From assembly GCA_030390025.1 (NCBI GenBank), contig CM059432.1, positions 37,140,001 to 37,204,000 on the forward strand: a stretch of DNA of 64,000 nucleotides, read 5' to 3'. The notes under the pieces are model-generated. The model was not told where the DNA came from. It was given only the letters and a program-made list of their open reading frames with translations, and did not search any database. Positions 51,380-64,000 of the stretch are shown here, in pieces; the first letter of the stretch is position 1, and the number at the start of each line of letters is the position of its first letter. The position numbers were made by a program, and so were the translations under genes. The DNA comes from Squalus acanthias. Its lineage: Eukaryota.

Positions 51380-53850
51380 AATTAGGGCAGATGACCAAAA
51401 GCTTGGTCAAAGAGGTAGGTTTTAAGGAGTGTCGTAATGGAGGAAAGAGAGGCGGAGAGGTTTAGGAAGGGAATTCTAGATTTTAGGGCCTAGCTAACAA
51501 AAGGCACAGCCACTAATGGTTCAGAAATTATAATCAGGGATGCTCAAGAGGGCAGAATTAGAGGAGCGCAGATATCTCGGATTGTGGGGCTGGAGGAGAT
51601 TAGAGATAGGGAGGGGCGAGGCCATGGAAGGATTTGAAATTTAGGATGAGAATTTTGAAATCGAGGCGTTGCTTAACCAGGAGCCGATGTAGGTCAGCGA
51701 GCACAGGGGTGATGTGTAAGCCAACTGTTTCCTGTTTGTTCTGTAAATTAGCTCCACTCCAGCGGGGAGCTTACTGAGGGTGAGATGGAGCATTGCAGCA
51801 AGGAAGATCGAGAAGCGCGTTGGTGCGATGACACAGCCTTGCTTGACCCCTGTCCGTACTTGAATTGGGTCTGTGGTGGAACCATTGGTCAGGATCACGG
51901 CTTGCATGTCGTCATGAAGCAGGCGGAGGATGGTGACAAACTTTTGAGGGCAGCCGAATTTGAGGAGGACATTCCATAATCCCTCATGGTTGACAGTGTC
52001 AAAGGCCTTTGTGAGGTCAAAGAAGGCCATGTACAGCGGTTGGTGCTGTTCCCTGCATTTCTCTTGTAATTGGCGCGTGGTGAAGATCATGAAGATCTCA
52101 CCCTCAGTAAGCTTCCCGCTGGAGTGGAGCTAATTTACAGAACAAACGGGAAACTGTTCAACCTCCGTTGCCTCCTGTCCAGATCCAAGGTCGCCCCTTC
52201 CTTTGTCGTCGCATTACAGTATGCAAACGATGCTTGCGTCTGCCCACCCGTGGAGGTCCAACTCCAAACCATCGTTAACACCTTCACAGAAGCGTACGAG
52301 AGCATAGGCCTTGCACTAAACATCCGTAAGACAAGGGTCCTCTACCAACCTGCCCCCGCCACACAGTACTGCCCCCGATTATCAAAATCCATGACAAGGC
52401 CTTGGACAACGTGGACCACTTTCCATACCTCGGGAGCCTACTGTCAACAAGGGCAGACGTCGATGACCAAGTCCAACACTGCCTTCAGTGTGCCAGTGCA
52501 GCCTTTGGTCGCCTGAGGAAGAGAGTGTTTGAAGACCAGGACCTCAAACCCGGCACCAAGCTCATGGTCTACAGAGCAGTTGTAATACCCGCCCTCCTGT
52601 ATGCCTCAGAGACATGGACCATGTACAGCAGGCACCTCAAAGCACTGGAGAGGTACCACCAACGCTGCCTCCGCAAGATCCTGCAAATCCATTGGCAGGA
52701 TAGGCGCACCAACGTCTGTGTTCTCGCTCAGGCCAACATCCCCAGCATCGAAGCTTTGACCACGCTCGATCAGCTCCGATGGACGGGTCACATCGTCCGC
52801 ATGCCCGATACGAGACTCCCAAAACAAGCGCTCTACTCGGAGCTCCGACAAGGCAAGAGAGCCCCAGGTGGGCAGAGGAAATGTTTCAAGGACACCCTCA
52901 AAGCCTCCTTGGAAAAAGTGCAACATCCCCACCGACACCTGGGAATCCCCGGCCCAAGACCGCACAAAGTGGAGAATCGTCCGGGAAGGCGCCGAATACC
53001 TCGAGTCTCTTCGCCGGGAGCAAGCGGAAGCCAAACACGAGCGCACGTCAACCCAAGCACCCCACCCACCGTCTGCCCCACCTGTGACAGAGACTGTAGG
53101 TCCCGCACTGGACTCGTCAGTCACCTGAACTCGTTTTTAATGTGGAAGCAAGTCATCCTCGGTTCCGAGGGACTGCCTAAGAGGAGAAGATGATGTACTT
53201 GGTGCGAGTTAGGACACAGGCCGCCAAGTTTTGGATGACCTCAAGTTTATGTAGGGTAGAATGTGGGAGGCCGGCCAGGAGTGCGTTGGAATAGTCATAT
53301 CTAGAGGTAACAAAGGCATGGATGAGGATTTCAGCAGTGGATGAGCTAAGGCAAGGGCGGAGGCGGGAGATGTTACGGAGGTTGAAAGCGGCGTTCTTAG
53401 TTATGCCGTGGATATGTGGTCGGAAGCTAATTTGAAGGTCAAATATAACGCCAAGGTTACGAACAGTGTGGTTCATCCTCAGACAGATGTTAGGGAGAGG
53501 GATGGAGTCAGTGGCTAGGGAACGGAGTTTGTGGCGGGGACCCAAAACAATGGCTTCGGTCTTCCCAATATTTAATTGGAGAAAATCTTTGCTTATCCAG
53601 AACTGGATGTCGGACAAGCAGTCTGGCAATCTGGAGACCATGGGTCGAGAGAAGTGGTAATGAGATAGAGTTGGGTGTCGTCAGCGTACATGTGGAAACT
53701 GGCGCTGTTTTTTCAGATGATGTCGCCAAGGGGCAACATGTAGATGAGAAATAGGAGGGGGCCAAGGATAGATCTTGGGGAACACCAGAGGTAACGATGC
53801 GGGAGCGGGAAGAGAAGCCATTGCAGGTGATTCTCTGGCTACGACTAGAT
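51380..53850 (-). mobile_element. L2 LINE split by an RTE insertion
   Basis: CLSDIQFWISKDFLQLNIGKTEAI...ILIHAFVTSRYDYSNALL (53177-53641); the 3' part continues at 51716-51380. Confidence 0.85.
51720..53190 (+). mobile_element. RTE-clade LINE, 5'-inverted
   Basis: Inverted part (-) IFTTRQLQEKCREQ..AFFDLTKAFDTV..GVKQGCVIAP; forward part LQYAND, FPYLGS, LLYASETW, QLRWTGHIVRM..RLPKQ, CPTC..CRSRTGL.SH. Confidence 0.92.
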
Positions 53851-54109
53851 AGAGATACAATGCCTACCTTTGCGAGCAGGATATCTAAAGCCTAATGGGT
53901 GGTGCTTTTTAGTGTGTCTCGAGCTTGCTCCACCATTCAGTGAGATCGTGGCTGATCGTCGACCTCAACTCCACTTTCCTGCCCGATCTCCATATCTCTT
54001 GATTCCCCTAGAGTCCAAAAATCTATCTATCTCCGCCTTGAATATACTCAGCGATTCAGCATCCACAGCCTTTTGGGGTAGAGAATTAAAGACTCCCCAA
54101 GACTCTCAA

Positions 54110-54965
54110 CTTATCGACTGCCTCTGTCCTCCTGCTCGTCCAACATCCAGTCTTGGATGACCTGCTAAACCTTGAAAGACTGAAGCTATAGTCTGCGGCT
54201 CCTACCACGAACTCCATACCCTTGCCACTGATTCCATTTTCCTCCCTGGCAACTGTCAGAAACAAAATGTTTGAAACCTCAGCACCCTATTCAACCCTCA
54301 ACTCAGATTGCAACCCTATAACTTCATCACAAAGACTGCCAACATCTACCCCTGCGTCAGCCTATCTGCTACTAAAACCTTTATCCATGCCTTTGTCCTC
54401 TCCAGACTTGACGATTTCAATGCTCTCCTGACCGGCCTCTCATCCTCCAACCTCCATAAACTACTGCTCATCCAAAACTCTGTTGCCTGAATCCGAACTT
54501 GCACCAAGTCCTGTTCATCCATCATCCCTGTGCTCACTGACCAACATTGGCTCCTGTTCCCCTACCTCCATTTAACTTAAAAAATCTCATCCTTGTGTTT
54601 AAGTCTCTTCATAACCTTGTCCCTCCCTATCTCTGTAAACTCCAGCCCCAAACTTTCCGTTCCTTTGACTCTCGTCTCTTGTGCATCTCTTTCCCCCCCC
54701 CCCCCCTTCTCTTCACCCCGCCATTGGTCGATGTGCCTTCAGCCGCCTAAACCCCATACTCTGCAATTTTCTCCCAAATCCTCCCCACCACTTTCTCCGT
54801 CTCCTTTAAGAGTTTCCTTGAAACCCACCTCTTTGACTAAGCTTGTGGTCACCCCTCCTAATATTGCCTTTTGATTGGCTTTCATTTTTTATTGATTACA
54901 CCTCCTGTGAAGCGCTTTGGGATGTTTTTATACGTTAAAGGCGGTCTATAAATGAAAGTTGTTAA
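54110..54965 (+). mobile_element. L2 LINE 3' fragment
   Basis: SLSATKTFIHAFVLSRLDDFNALL, LVFKSLHNLVPPYL; tail ...gttaaaggcggtctataaatgaaagttgtt. Confidence 0.8.
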
Positions 54966-57009
54966 AAGTGCGTCCGGCTTCACGATAGCATATTAGGCCA
55001 AGAATGGGCGGAAACACCACCGAACCCAGGGAGTAACAGAGATGGAAATCTGACCGTTTTGTGAGCGCAGTGAGTCAAGAGTTTGCAGGCATGCACAAAT
55101 TATTCAAATGAGGTACTAACGCATATTAAATGGTCTGTACATAACTATTTTAAATTCTAATCTTCAGGGTCATGCAGAAGTATTGCCTCTTGAGCCTATA
55201 ATTCTCTCACCTTCCCAAGTGTCACAGCCCAGTGAGCAATTGGACAGATTAGTATTTAAACAGTTTCGATAACAGTATGCTGCTCCATTGTTGTTGCATT
55301 TCAGTGAACTGGAATGGTGTGTGTTCACTTGAACAATGACAGCCTCCCAGAAATATAATTATAGTTTGTCATTCCATACTTCAGTTGTGTCTGGAGAGCA
55401 TTTTGTGCTGTGTAGAACCATTTCAAAAGTGCTGGTACTTCGAGGTCTATTATTGCTCCAAGTTGGAGCAATTTGAGGTGGTGCATTGAGTATCTTGCAT
55501 ACATGCTCCCCTGATGGCTGAGAGTTAATCTCGTGAGAAACTAAGCAACACAGTTTACTACTCTCAGCCAAGGTCTCTGGGCCAGGGATCCCGCCCCTGA
55601 TTGCTATTCACTATTTGTGGATGTCATGAGAACAGAACAGAGTTTGGTAGTGATTCCCTCTGTGGTCAAAGAGCCTGCTTGCTGACACTCTGTCGATGCT
55701 CATACAGTATGATGGCTGCTAGGGGAAAAGTCAGTTGGGGGAAGGATGATGCAAAAATGTCTGGAAGATGTATTAGCCACACTGAAAGAAGCCCGAGATG
55801 TAGTCAAGTGGCAACGTACCTACATGATTCTTCCTTCAGTGTCTGATGTGTTTGATTTAAAGAATGTTCCAGATGATGCTTCAGCATGGGATTTATTTAA
55901 TCCTGCAGGGCTCGAGATTAAACTCTTCTATAAAACTCTGCCACTTTAGAAAAGATAATATTCTAAGAGTTAACTCCCCTGGTCACTCAGTGGGTTCAGC
56001 AGTGCGGTGGTTGTTACTGGACTGTCAATCCATTTGTAAATAAAACAATTGGTATCTGTAAAAGTGACCATGAAGCTGTCGGATTGATGTAAAAATGCAA
56101 CTGGTTCACTAATGTCCTTTTTCGGAAAGGAAATCTGCTGTCCTTACCTGGTCTGGCTTATATATGACTCCAGTCCCACATTGATGTGGTTGGCTCGTAA
56201 CTGCCTTCTGAATTGGCCTAACAAGCCACTCGGTTATATCAAACTACTACAGAGAAGACTGCTGACTAGTAATGAACAATACTTGGCAGTGATGTCCTTA
56301 TTTTAAGAATGAATAAAAAAAATAATTGAAGTTTCATCCATTAAAAGCAAGGTATGTTTTCCAACAGAGTAGTTGAGGCAGAGACCATTGTATCTTTAAG
56401 GGAAAAGTGGATAAGTATTTGAAACTGAGCATGACAAAGCAAAGAGCTGGTACAGATACCATGGGATAAATGGCTTTCCTTCTGTTCTGTAAGTCTTTAT
56501 GGTTTGTTAAACCCTTGGCACATAAATATTTCCATTCTCATTGGGCTGTAGGATTTTGTATGTTTTCAACTTTTGTACTGCCGTTAAAATGCTGCTTAAA
56601 AATCCAGAATGTTGATGTACTATTTACGCTAAACTACTGAAAGCACAGCTTTGAACAAAATTTATGAAAATAATCTTTTTCAGATCCCAAATTTCTTGCT
56701 ATTTGATGTTTTCTGCACCTAATTTTACTTCAACTTCAATTTGACTCCAACTTGCTCTACTCTACCTATTTTGTACTAAAGCTTTAAAATTATTGTTCTT
56801 TTGCTCCCAATTCCCATTGTGCTTCTGGCTCCCAAAGTCTCCTTTGGAGGTGACAGCAACTTTGAAGCAATTGCCACTCAGCTTAAAGCTGGCATTCGAG
56901 GCCAGATCTTCAATGAACTGGCCAAGAAAACAATGTTGATCTGGTCACACTATAGATGCAACCAGAGTAACATTTGCCTTTTGTTGAATCAGAACAGGAG
57001 GGTAATGCC

Positions 57010-57079
57010 TGACCTGAGTATTTCCAGCATTTTCTGTTTTTATTTCAGATTTCCAGTATCCACAGTATTTTGCTGTTGT
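57010..57079 (+). mobile_element. 70-bp PLE pLTR tail insertion (family B)
   Basis: 14-bp TSD AGGAGGGTAATGCC (56996-57009 and 57080-57093) around tgacctgagtatttccagcattttctgtttttatttcagatttccag. Confidence 0.8.
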
Positions 57080-58904
57080 AGGAGGGTAATGCCAACTGAT
57101 GAGTATACTCAGCCCTCTGTTAGAAAGAGAATAAAAGCTACATGTGTGGAATCATAGTGGAAAAGGAGCAATTAGGAGCTGGGACCCATGATATTTTAAA
57201 TCCTTTTTAGTTTTCATCCCATTTGAATAATGTATGTTCTTGGATCGCAATCTACATAAGAGAAGGTTGTTTGGGTCTCCATTTTTCTGAATGTACCCTG
57301 TGTGCGCTCAAAGTGATGCTGTCTTTTGAGAAATTACGTCTTGTTAAATGCTGCTTAAATTTAGGACAAAGGAATCAGAAGACTGTGAAAGAGTGTAGTC
57401 TGTTAATTGAATGGCGCGCAGTCTATAAAAAGACTGCTGTATAATTAATTCACTGTCCAGTTGTATATTAACAGGGCAAAACAGGCAAGAAATGATGAAT
57501 GCTTACATTAAAACATTTATTTAAATACAGGCACTTATTGTGAAACATTAATTTTTATTCTGAGTTTATAGTTGGCTGTTGACTGATCTAGTGTGTAATT
57601 ATACCGCAATGTGTAATGTATTCACTTTTGTGAAGTTTTATTCCTTCTGTAAATAGGCTAATTAGCATTAGCAGATGTATCCGTTCTAAACTTGTTTTTA
57701 CCACTACATTAGCTTAAACAATGCAAAAACACAGTAAAAATGAGCAAGCGATACGTGGGCTGGAATAGTTAGGTCAAGTTGCATATGTTCTTGTCCTTCT
57801 CCTGGAAAGCAACTGCACCCCTTCCACACATGCACACCATGGTTTAAGGGGGCACGAGTCTGTAGGGAGACATAAAATCACTATTGATGGTATTATGTGC
57901 TAATGAGAGGATTCACAAAACAGATTGTTCAACTTTTGAAAGAAAACTGCAGCCATGACTTGCCTGCTGTTGCTACCCCAGTAAGTGTCTGAGTGCAAGC
58001 TATATGTGTAGGCCACCCTCATGTTGTGATGGTTCATAGGACCATTTAGAAAACTCGAGCAGCATTATATAGCAGTATACTGCATAGGTTGAAGAAGACA
58101 ATCTTTAGATTGCTGACATGTTGAGGGAAACTCTGGTCTCCCTGAGCTATTTTTTTTAAATTTTAAGCCAGGTGCATTGGCACTGAACTAAATGAATATT
58201 GCACTAAAAATTAGCTAAGCATCAGGGATAGTTTTGAGTGAAAGAACAGCAGAATTTAGGGGACCCAGTACACTAAGCTAGATCACTGGCACGGAAAACA
58301 TTTGGAGGCGAGTGAGATGCTGGGCTTCACCACAGAGGTATAGAATGTAAAAACAAGTACTCCTGCAGTTGTTCAAAGTGCTCAGATTTTTCTCCTTGCC
58401 TTGAGACATTTTTCTATGTTAAAAGTGCTGTATAAATGCAAATTGTTCCATTATCATATCCTGTACAAGGGAATGTAATTTTACAAATCAAACGAAGCCA
58501 CAAAAATCATCACGTAAATGAGGAGAAACTGTTTCCAGTGGTAACCAGAGGACACAGATTTAAGGTGATTGGCAAAAGAACCAACATGACGAAACATTTT
58601 TTTTACGCAGTGAGTTGTGATCTGGAATGCACTGCCTGAAAGGGTGGTGGAAGCAGATTCAATAGTAACTTTCAAAAGGGAATTGGATAAAAACTTGAAG
58701 GAAAAAAATTTGCCACGCTATGAGGAAAGAGCAGGGGACTGGGATTAATTGGATAGCTCTACCAAATAGCCGGCACAGGCACGATGGGCCGAATGATCAC
58801 CTTTTGTGCTGTATGATTCTATACAAGGCTGTGTCCCAGGAGGCCATAAATGCAGAATCAATTGAGGTGTTGAAAAATGAGGTAGATGCTTATTTGAAAA
58901 GTAA

Positions 58905-60320
58905 CTATCATAGAAATTTACAGCGCAGAAGGAGGCCATTCAGCCCATCTTGTCCGTGCTGGCTGACAGAGCTTTCCACCCTGATCCCGCTTTCCAGCAC
59001 TTGGTCCATAGCCTTGTAGGTTACGACACTTCAAGTGCATATCCAAGTACAGGAAACTCTTTCGTATCCAGCACCGATGGGACCGGGATGGTGCCGGTTG
59101 ATTAAAAATTCCGGATAACGGAGAGGTATATCTACCGAGGCTATTTTTAACAAACAAAAATTAAAAAATCAAGAAATGTGCAGTATAATTGGCTACTCCC
59201 CTACAGAATGTTGTGTTAAATGGATGGTGGAAGATGCTTGATTAAGTACAGTAATGCCAGTTGAGGGTAATCCATAACTCTAATTACTTAACAGTAAAAC
59301 AAAACTTATAAACGACTGTATACTGTAGTTTTCGGAGTATGAATTCAGCCGGTTATTAGAGAATTCCGGATATTTAGGAGCCGTTTAAACGAGAGTTTCC
59401 TGTACTTTTTAAATGTGATGAGGGTCTCTGCCTCTACCACCCTTTCAGGCAGAGAGTTCCAGTCCCCCCCCCCACCACCCTCTGGGTGAAAATATTTCTC
59501 CTCAACTCCCCTCTAAACCTCCGACCAATTACTTTAAATCTATGCCCCCGGTTATTGACCCTTCTGCTAAGGGAAATAGGTCCTTCCTATCCACTCTATC
59601 TCGGCCCCTCATAATTTTGTACACCTCAATTAGGTCTCCCCTCAGCCTCCTCTGTTCCAAAGAAAACAACCCCAGCCTATCCAATCTTTCCTCATAGCTA
59701 AAATTCCCCAATCCAGGCAACATCCTCGTAAATCTCCTCTGTACCCCCTCTAGTGCAATCACATTCTCCCTGTAATGTGACCAGAACTGCACGCAGTATT
59801 CTAGCTGCGGCCTAACTAGTGTTTTATACAGTTCTAGCATAACCTCCCTGCTCTTATTAGCCGAGGCATAGAATATAAAGGCAAGTATCCCGTATGCCTT
59901 CTTCACCACCTTATCTACCTGTCCTGCTACCTTCAGGGATCTGTGGACATGCACTCCAAGGTCCCTCTGATCTTCTGCACTTCTCGGTGTCCTACCATTT
60001 ATCGTGTATTCCCTTGCCTTGTTAGCCCTCCCCAAATGCATTACCTCACACTTCTTCAGATTGAATTCCATTTGCCACTGTTCTGTCCACCTGACCAGTC
60101 CATTGATCTCTTCCTGCATTCTGTAGCTTTCTTCTGCTTTATCAACCACACAGCCAATTTTTGTATCATTTGCAAACTTCTTAATCATACTTCCTACATT
60201 CAAGTCCAAATTATTGATACAGTATATACCACAAAAAGCAAGGGACCCATTACTGAGCCCTGCGGAACCCCACTGGAAACAGCCTTCCAGTCACAAACAC
60301 CCTTCGACCATTACCCTGCT
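58905..60320 (-). mobile_element. CR1 LINE 3' part with a nested Tigger MITE
   Basis: KFANDTKIG, WQMEFNLKKCEVMHLG, RPQLEYCVQFWS. Confidence 0.9.
59050..59402. mobile_element. MITE, internal-deletion derivative of the 38893-41644 Tigger family
   Basis: TA TSD and CAGGAAACTCT TIRs; left ~280 bp match 38893-39172 and right ~75 bp match 41570-41644. Confidence 0.92.
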
Positions 60321-61559
60321 ACACCGTCTATAGACTCGGCATTCAAACACACGAAGGGTGTGAATTTGAGGTACTTAGCCACTAGATACCCACTAAACAT
60401 GCCAGAAAAAGTTAGTGAAACAACCTCTCTGGTGCTCTAAATTTACTTTTACAAGTGTGAAGTCTCATTTGAATTAATGTTGGATATTTAAAAAAAAAAT
60501 AGAATTTTTTTTTAACTTTTTTCTTTTTCTTTTATCTCCCTCTCTCAATCCCATTTGTCTTTCCCTCTCTTTATTTTGCTTTCTGTACATGATTTTACAT
60601 TGAATTAAATATTCTAACTTGCACTTCCTGCGTGCCTCAGTGAGGATTCTTCAATCTGATTGGTTGAAGAGAAATTCTGTTGCTTGTCCTGCTCGCACAC
60701 CGCACAGATCCCCTGTGGAGGGCGCCACGCTGAAATGGATCCTTAATTACCGTAAATTGCCGTGCAAAAGCCCACAAATTCTGTGGGCTGCTGTAATAAC
60801 ATCGAGCGCCGTTCGTTCGCCGCTGACTGCAAAATCCGGGCCTATATTTCAAAGAAAGCTGAACAAATTGTATAGCATTTTCAGCTCTCTTGCCTTAGCC
60901 CATACATAAGCTCTTCAGGGTTTCAATATCTCAAAAGTATTTAATTCATGTCAAGACTGTGGAGCTTTGACAGCCCTCCAGAATACCTGTCCTTTACAAA
61001 AGCAAAACCATAAGAGTTCCACTCCTATCCATCTGGACTAAAGTAACGACAGTTTGGCTCAGTTGGTGCGTGCTCTTACCGGAGTTCAAAAGTCAGCTGG
61101 CTCAAGGTTCACTCCGAGACTTGAGCATGTAATCTCCTAATTCAGTGCAGTACAGAGGGAGTGCTGCACTGTCAGAAGTGACGTCCTTCAAATGTTTCCA
61201 TGATTCAGGTCAAGTTCTACCTGAGACGCTATGTGAAGAAGCGGTAGGGTCGAGTCCTGGCCAATGTTACTACTTCAACTGGCACCGTCAGTGCCTGTGT
61301 GGAGCTCGAACTTTACCCCCCAAGTGTCAGCAGTCTATTCAGCTGTTTTGTACCCCATTCAATTTTACTTTCCAGGAGGAGACCGAGTTGTCGTTTAGTA
61401 TATTCAAGACAAAGATCGATAGATTTTTGAATATCAAGGGATATGGGGATAGTTCAGGGAAGTGGAGATGAGGTAGAAGATCAGACATGATCTTATTGAA
61501 TGGCGGAGCAGGCTCAAGGGGCCAAATGGCCTACTCCTGCTCCTATTCCTTATGTTATG

Positions 61560-62730
61560 TTTCCTGCCTCTGAGCCAATTTTAGATCTAACTTGCCACTT
61601 TGCCTTGGACCCCATGGGCTTTTACTTCCGTGACCAGTCTGCCATGCGGGACCTTATCAAAAGCCTTGCTAAAATTCATATAGACTACATCAAACGCACT
61701 ACACTCATCGACCCTCCTTGTTAGCTCCTCAAAAAATTCAATCAAGTTAGTCAGACACGATCTTCCCTTAACAAATCCATGCTGAATGTCCCTGATTAAT
61801 CCGTGTCTTTCTAAATGGAGATTTATCCTGTCCCTCGGAACTTTTTCCAATAATTTTCCCACCACCGAGGTTAGGCTGACTGGCCTGTAATTACTCGGTG
61901 TATCCCTTTCTCCCTTTTTTAAACGACGGTACCACGTTAGCAGTCCTCTGGCACCACACTTGTAGCCAGAGAGGATTGGAAAATGATGGTCAAAGCCTCT
62001 GCTATTTCCTCTCTTACTTTTCTTAACAGTCTGGAATACATTTCATCCGGACCTTGGGATTTATCCACTTTCGAAGATGGTAAACCCCTTAATACTTCCT
62101 CTTGCACTGTGTTTATTTCATCTAATATTTCTCACTCCTCCCTGATTGCAATGTCTGCATCGTCCCTCTCTTTTGTGAAAACATATGCAAAGTATTCATT
62201 GAGAACCATACCCATGTCTTCCGCTTCCACACACCGGTTAACTTTATGGTCCCTAATAGGCCCTACTCTTACTTTAGTTATTCTCTTGCTCTTAATGTAT
62301 TTATAAAACATCTTTGGGTTTTCCTTGATTTTACTTGCCAATATTTTTTCATGCCCTCTCTGCTATCCCAATTTCCTTTTTAATTTCACCCCTGCACATT
62401 CTATGCTCCTCTAGGCGTTCTGCAGTATTGCGTCCTTGGTATCGGTCATAAGCGTCCCTTTTTTTCTTTATCCTATCCTGTATGCCCCTTGACATCCAGG
62501 GTGCTCTAGATTGGTTCGTCCCACCCTTTTTTCTTTAATGGAACATACTTGCTCTGAACCCTCATTATCTCCTCCTTGAATGCCTTCCACTGCTCTGACA
62601 CTGATTTACCTTCAAGTTTCTGTCTCCAGTCCACTTTGGCTAAATCACCTCTCAGCGTAGTAAAATTAGCTGTTCCCCAATTGCAAACTCTTATTCCTGG
62701 TCTATCCTTGTCCTTTTCCATAACTACCCT
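61560..62730 (-). mobile_element. CR1 LINE internal fragment
   Basis: KENPKMFYKYIKSKR, VLNEYFAYVFT, QHGFVKGRSCLTNLIEFF, FSKAFDKVPH. Confidence 0.9.
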
Positions 62731-63674
62731 AAAGTAATGTGGAGAACGGCTGCGAAATTGGCATTAAATATACAGAGCTGCCACAGCTAACAAAATAGTG
62801 TTAGGCTGGCTCGACTGAATGGCCTCCTACCTAAAACACACATGAATAGGTTTAAACACTTTATCTGTGTGTTCCATGAGTCCTATTCTCTTCACTCTGA
62901 CTGGGGGGAAGCGAAGGGGAAGTACATGGGATCTCTTTGATGTCACAGTGGCTCTACGATGACACATCTGTGATGCAAGTTTGGAATCAGACCCAACAAG
63001 TAGAATGAAGTGATGTACATAGAGCTGTGCTGCTGTGGGAAATAAAAGGAATTCGAGATGATCAAAAACTAGGATGAGTGCCCGACTCTAAATGATCAAC
63101 TCGCTGGAAGATGGAATGGTACAATTGAGAGAACATTCCTAAAATCTGCCAGTGAAGTTGAAGTAAAATAAACTAGTTTAAATTCCCTTGGAGTGAAGGA
63201 AAGCAAAAATGGAAACTATAGCCCTTAAACTCCCCGATGACCCAGTTGGTAAAGATACCAACTGTCGTACTGAACTGTGCAGAGCACAAGTTCAATTCCC
63301 AATATGTGCTCTGGCTGATTTAGAAGAGTAGCAAGTTGGTCTACTCCAACTGGTCTCCGCACCCCCAGGTCACAAAGTGGGGGGTGGGGGGGGGTCTGGG
63401 GGGGTCTGGTTTCTTGCTTCTGATTGCTGTGCAATGGTGTCTGACGTGGATGGGATTAGGTTTGGCCACACCACCAGTCAGGGTCGAATAACCTACCAGC
63501 ATGCAATGTCCAGATTTACACCAAGACTGGCCACTTGCTGAAGTTATTTGATGTCCCTGGCACCCTTGGAAGTATGCTCCAGCAAGGGTCTGTGCCTTTG
63601 TCGGGGAGAACATTGGTTTACACGCTCATTTGTTGGACAATGTTCATGTGTGTCATCTTTGCACTTTGTTTCAG

Positions 63675-63951
63675 CTGGAACAGCAGCGACAACAGCTGCT
63701 CACGGAGCGCCAGGCCTTCCACATGGAGCAGTTGAAATATGCTGAAATGAGAGCCCGACAGCAGCTGGAGCAGCAGCATCAGCAGCAGCAGCAGCAGCAG
63801 CAACAACAACAACAACAACAGCAGCAGCATTCGCAAAACACCCCCTCTGCCCCTGGAATGCAGCAGCTGGGTTCTATTGGTATGATGCAACAAGGTCCAA
63901 CACCGCCACCTCCTTATCCGATGATGCACCATCAGATGCAGCAACAACTAG
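63675..63951 (+). CDS. SMARCC1: SMARCC1 coding exon, end of coiled coil plus polyQ and Pro/Gln-rich tail
   Basis: ctttgtttcAG acceptor, CTAG|GTCAGT donor; 277 nt, phase 0 to 1. Encodes [35 protein letters not shown](Q16)[42 protein letters not shown]. Confidence 0.93.
63780..63827 (+). repeat. Coding (CAG)7(CAA)6(CAG)3 polyglutamine repeat
   Basis: 16 consecutive Gln codons in frame in the SMARCC1 exon. Confidence 0.95.
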
Positions 63952-64000
63952 GTCAGTGCAGTGTTCTTACATTGGTTAAATCAAACCCTTATTTCCTCAA

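Noticed and set aside
60330..60843. Possible Harbinger-like element ending ...aaaatccgggcc
   Set aside because: Only one candidate terminus is visible; no matching TIR or TSD found.
63618..63947. Minus-strand poly-Leu ORF
   Set aside because: Antisense shadow of the SMARCC1 polyQ exon.

Overview
Eukaryotic (vertebrate) genomic DNA, almost certainly a shark or other elasmobranch: it carries an HE1-type V-SINE, DeuSINE/SacSINE1-like SINEs and typical shark CR1/L2/Penelope repeats. The whole window lies inside one + strand gene, SMARCC1 (BAF155, a SWI/SNF core subunit). Six consecutive phase-compatible coding exons are visible (3193-3354, ~20002-20060, 22136-22262, 30269-30435, 47421-47555, 63675-63951), running from the region after the SANT domain through the acidic linker and the C-terminal coiled coil into a polyQ/Pro-rich tail. 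The introns are packed with decayed retroelements (CR1, L2, RTE, Penelope-like) and DNA transposons (pogo/Tigger with two MITEs, hAT elements with 8-bp TSDs, Harbinger-like elements), often nested. Most notable: (1) three tiny (101-265 bp) TSD-flanked insertions that each carry a minimal hammerhead ribozyme with a covarying stem I, two of them in the sense of the SMARCC1 pre-mRNA; (2) a ~190-bp inverted copy of the 3' splice site and start of one SMARCC1 exon, sitting ~1.2 kb downstream of that exon; (3) a Tigger transposase interrupted by a MITE with related TIRs; (4) in-frame tandem splice acceptors and a 16-Q tract in SMARCC1. All calls were made by eye without database searches, and repeat boundaries are approximate unless a TSD or TIR is given.
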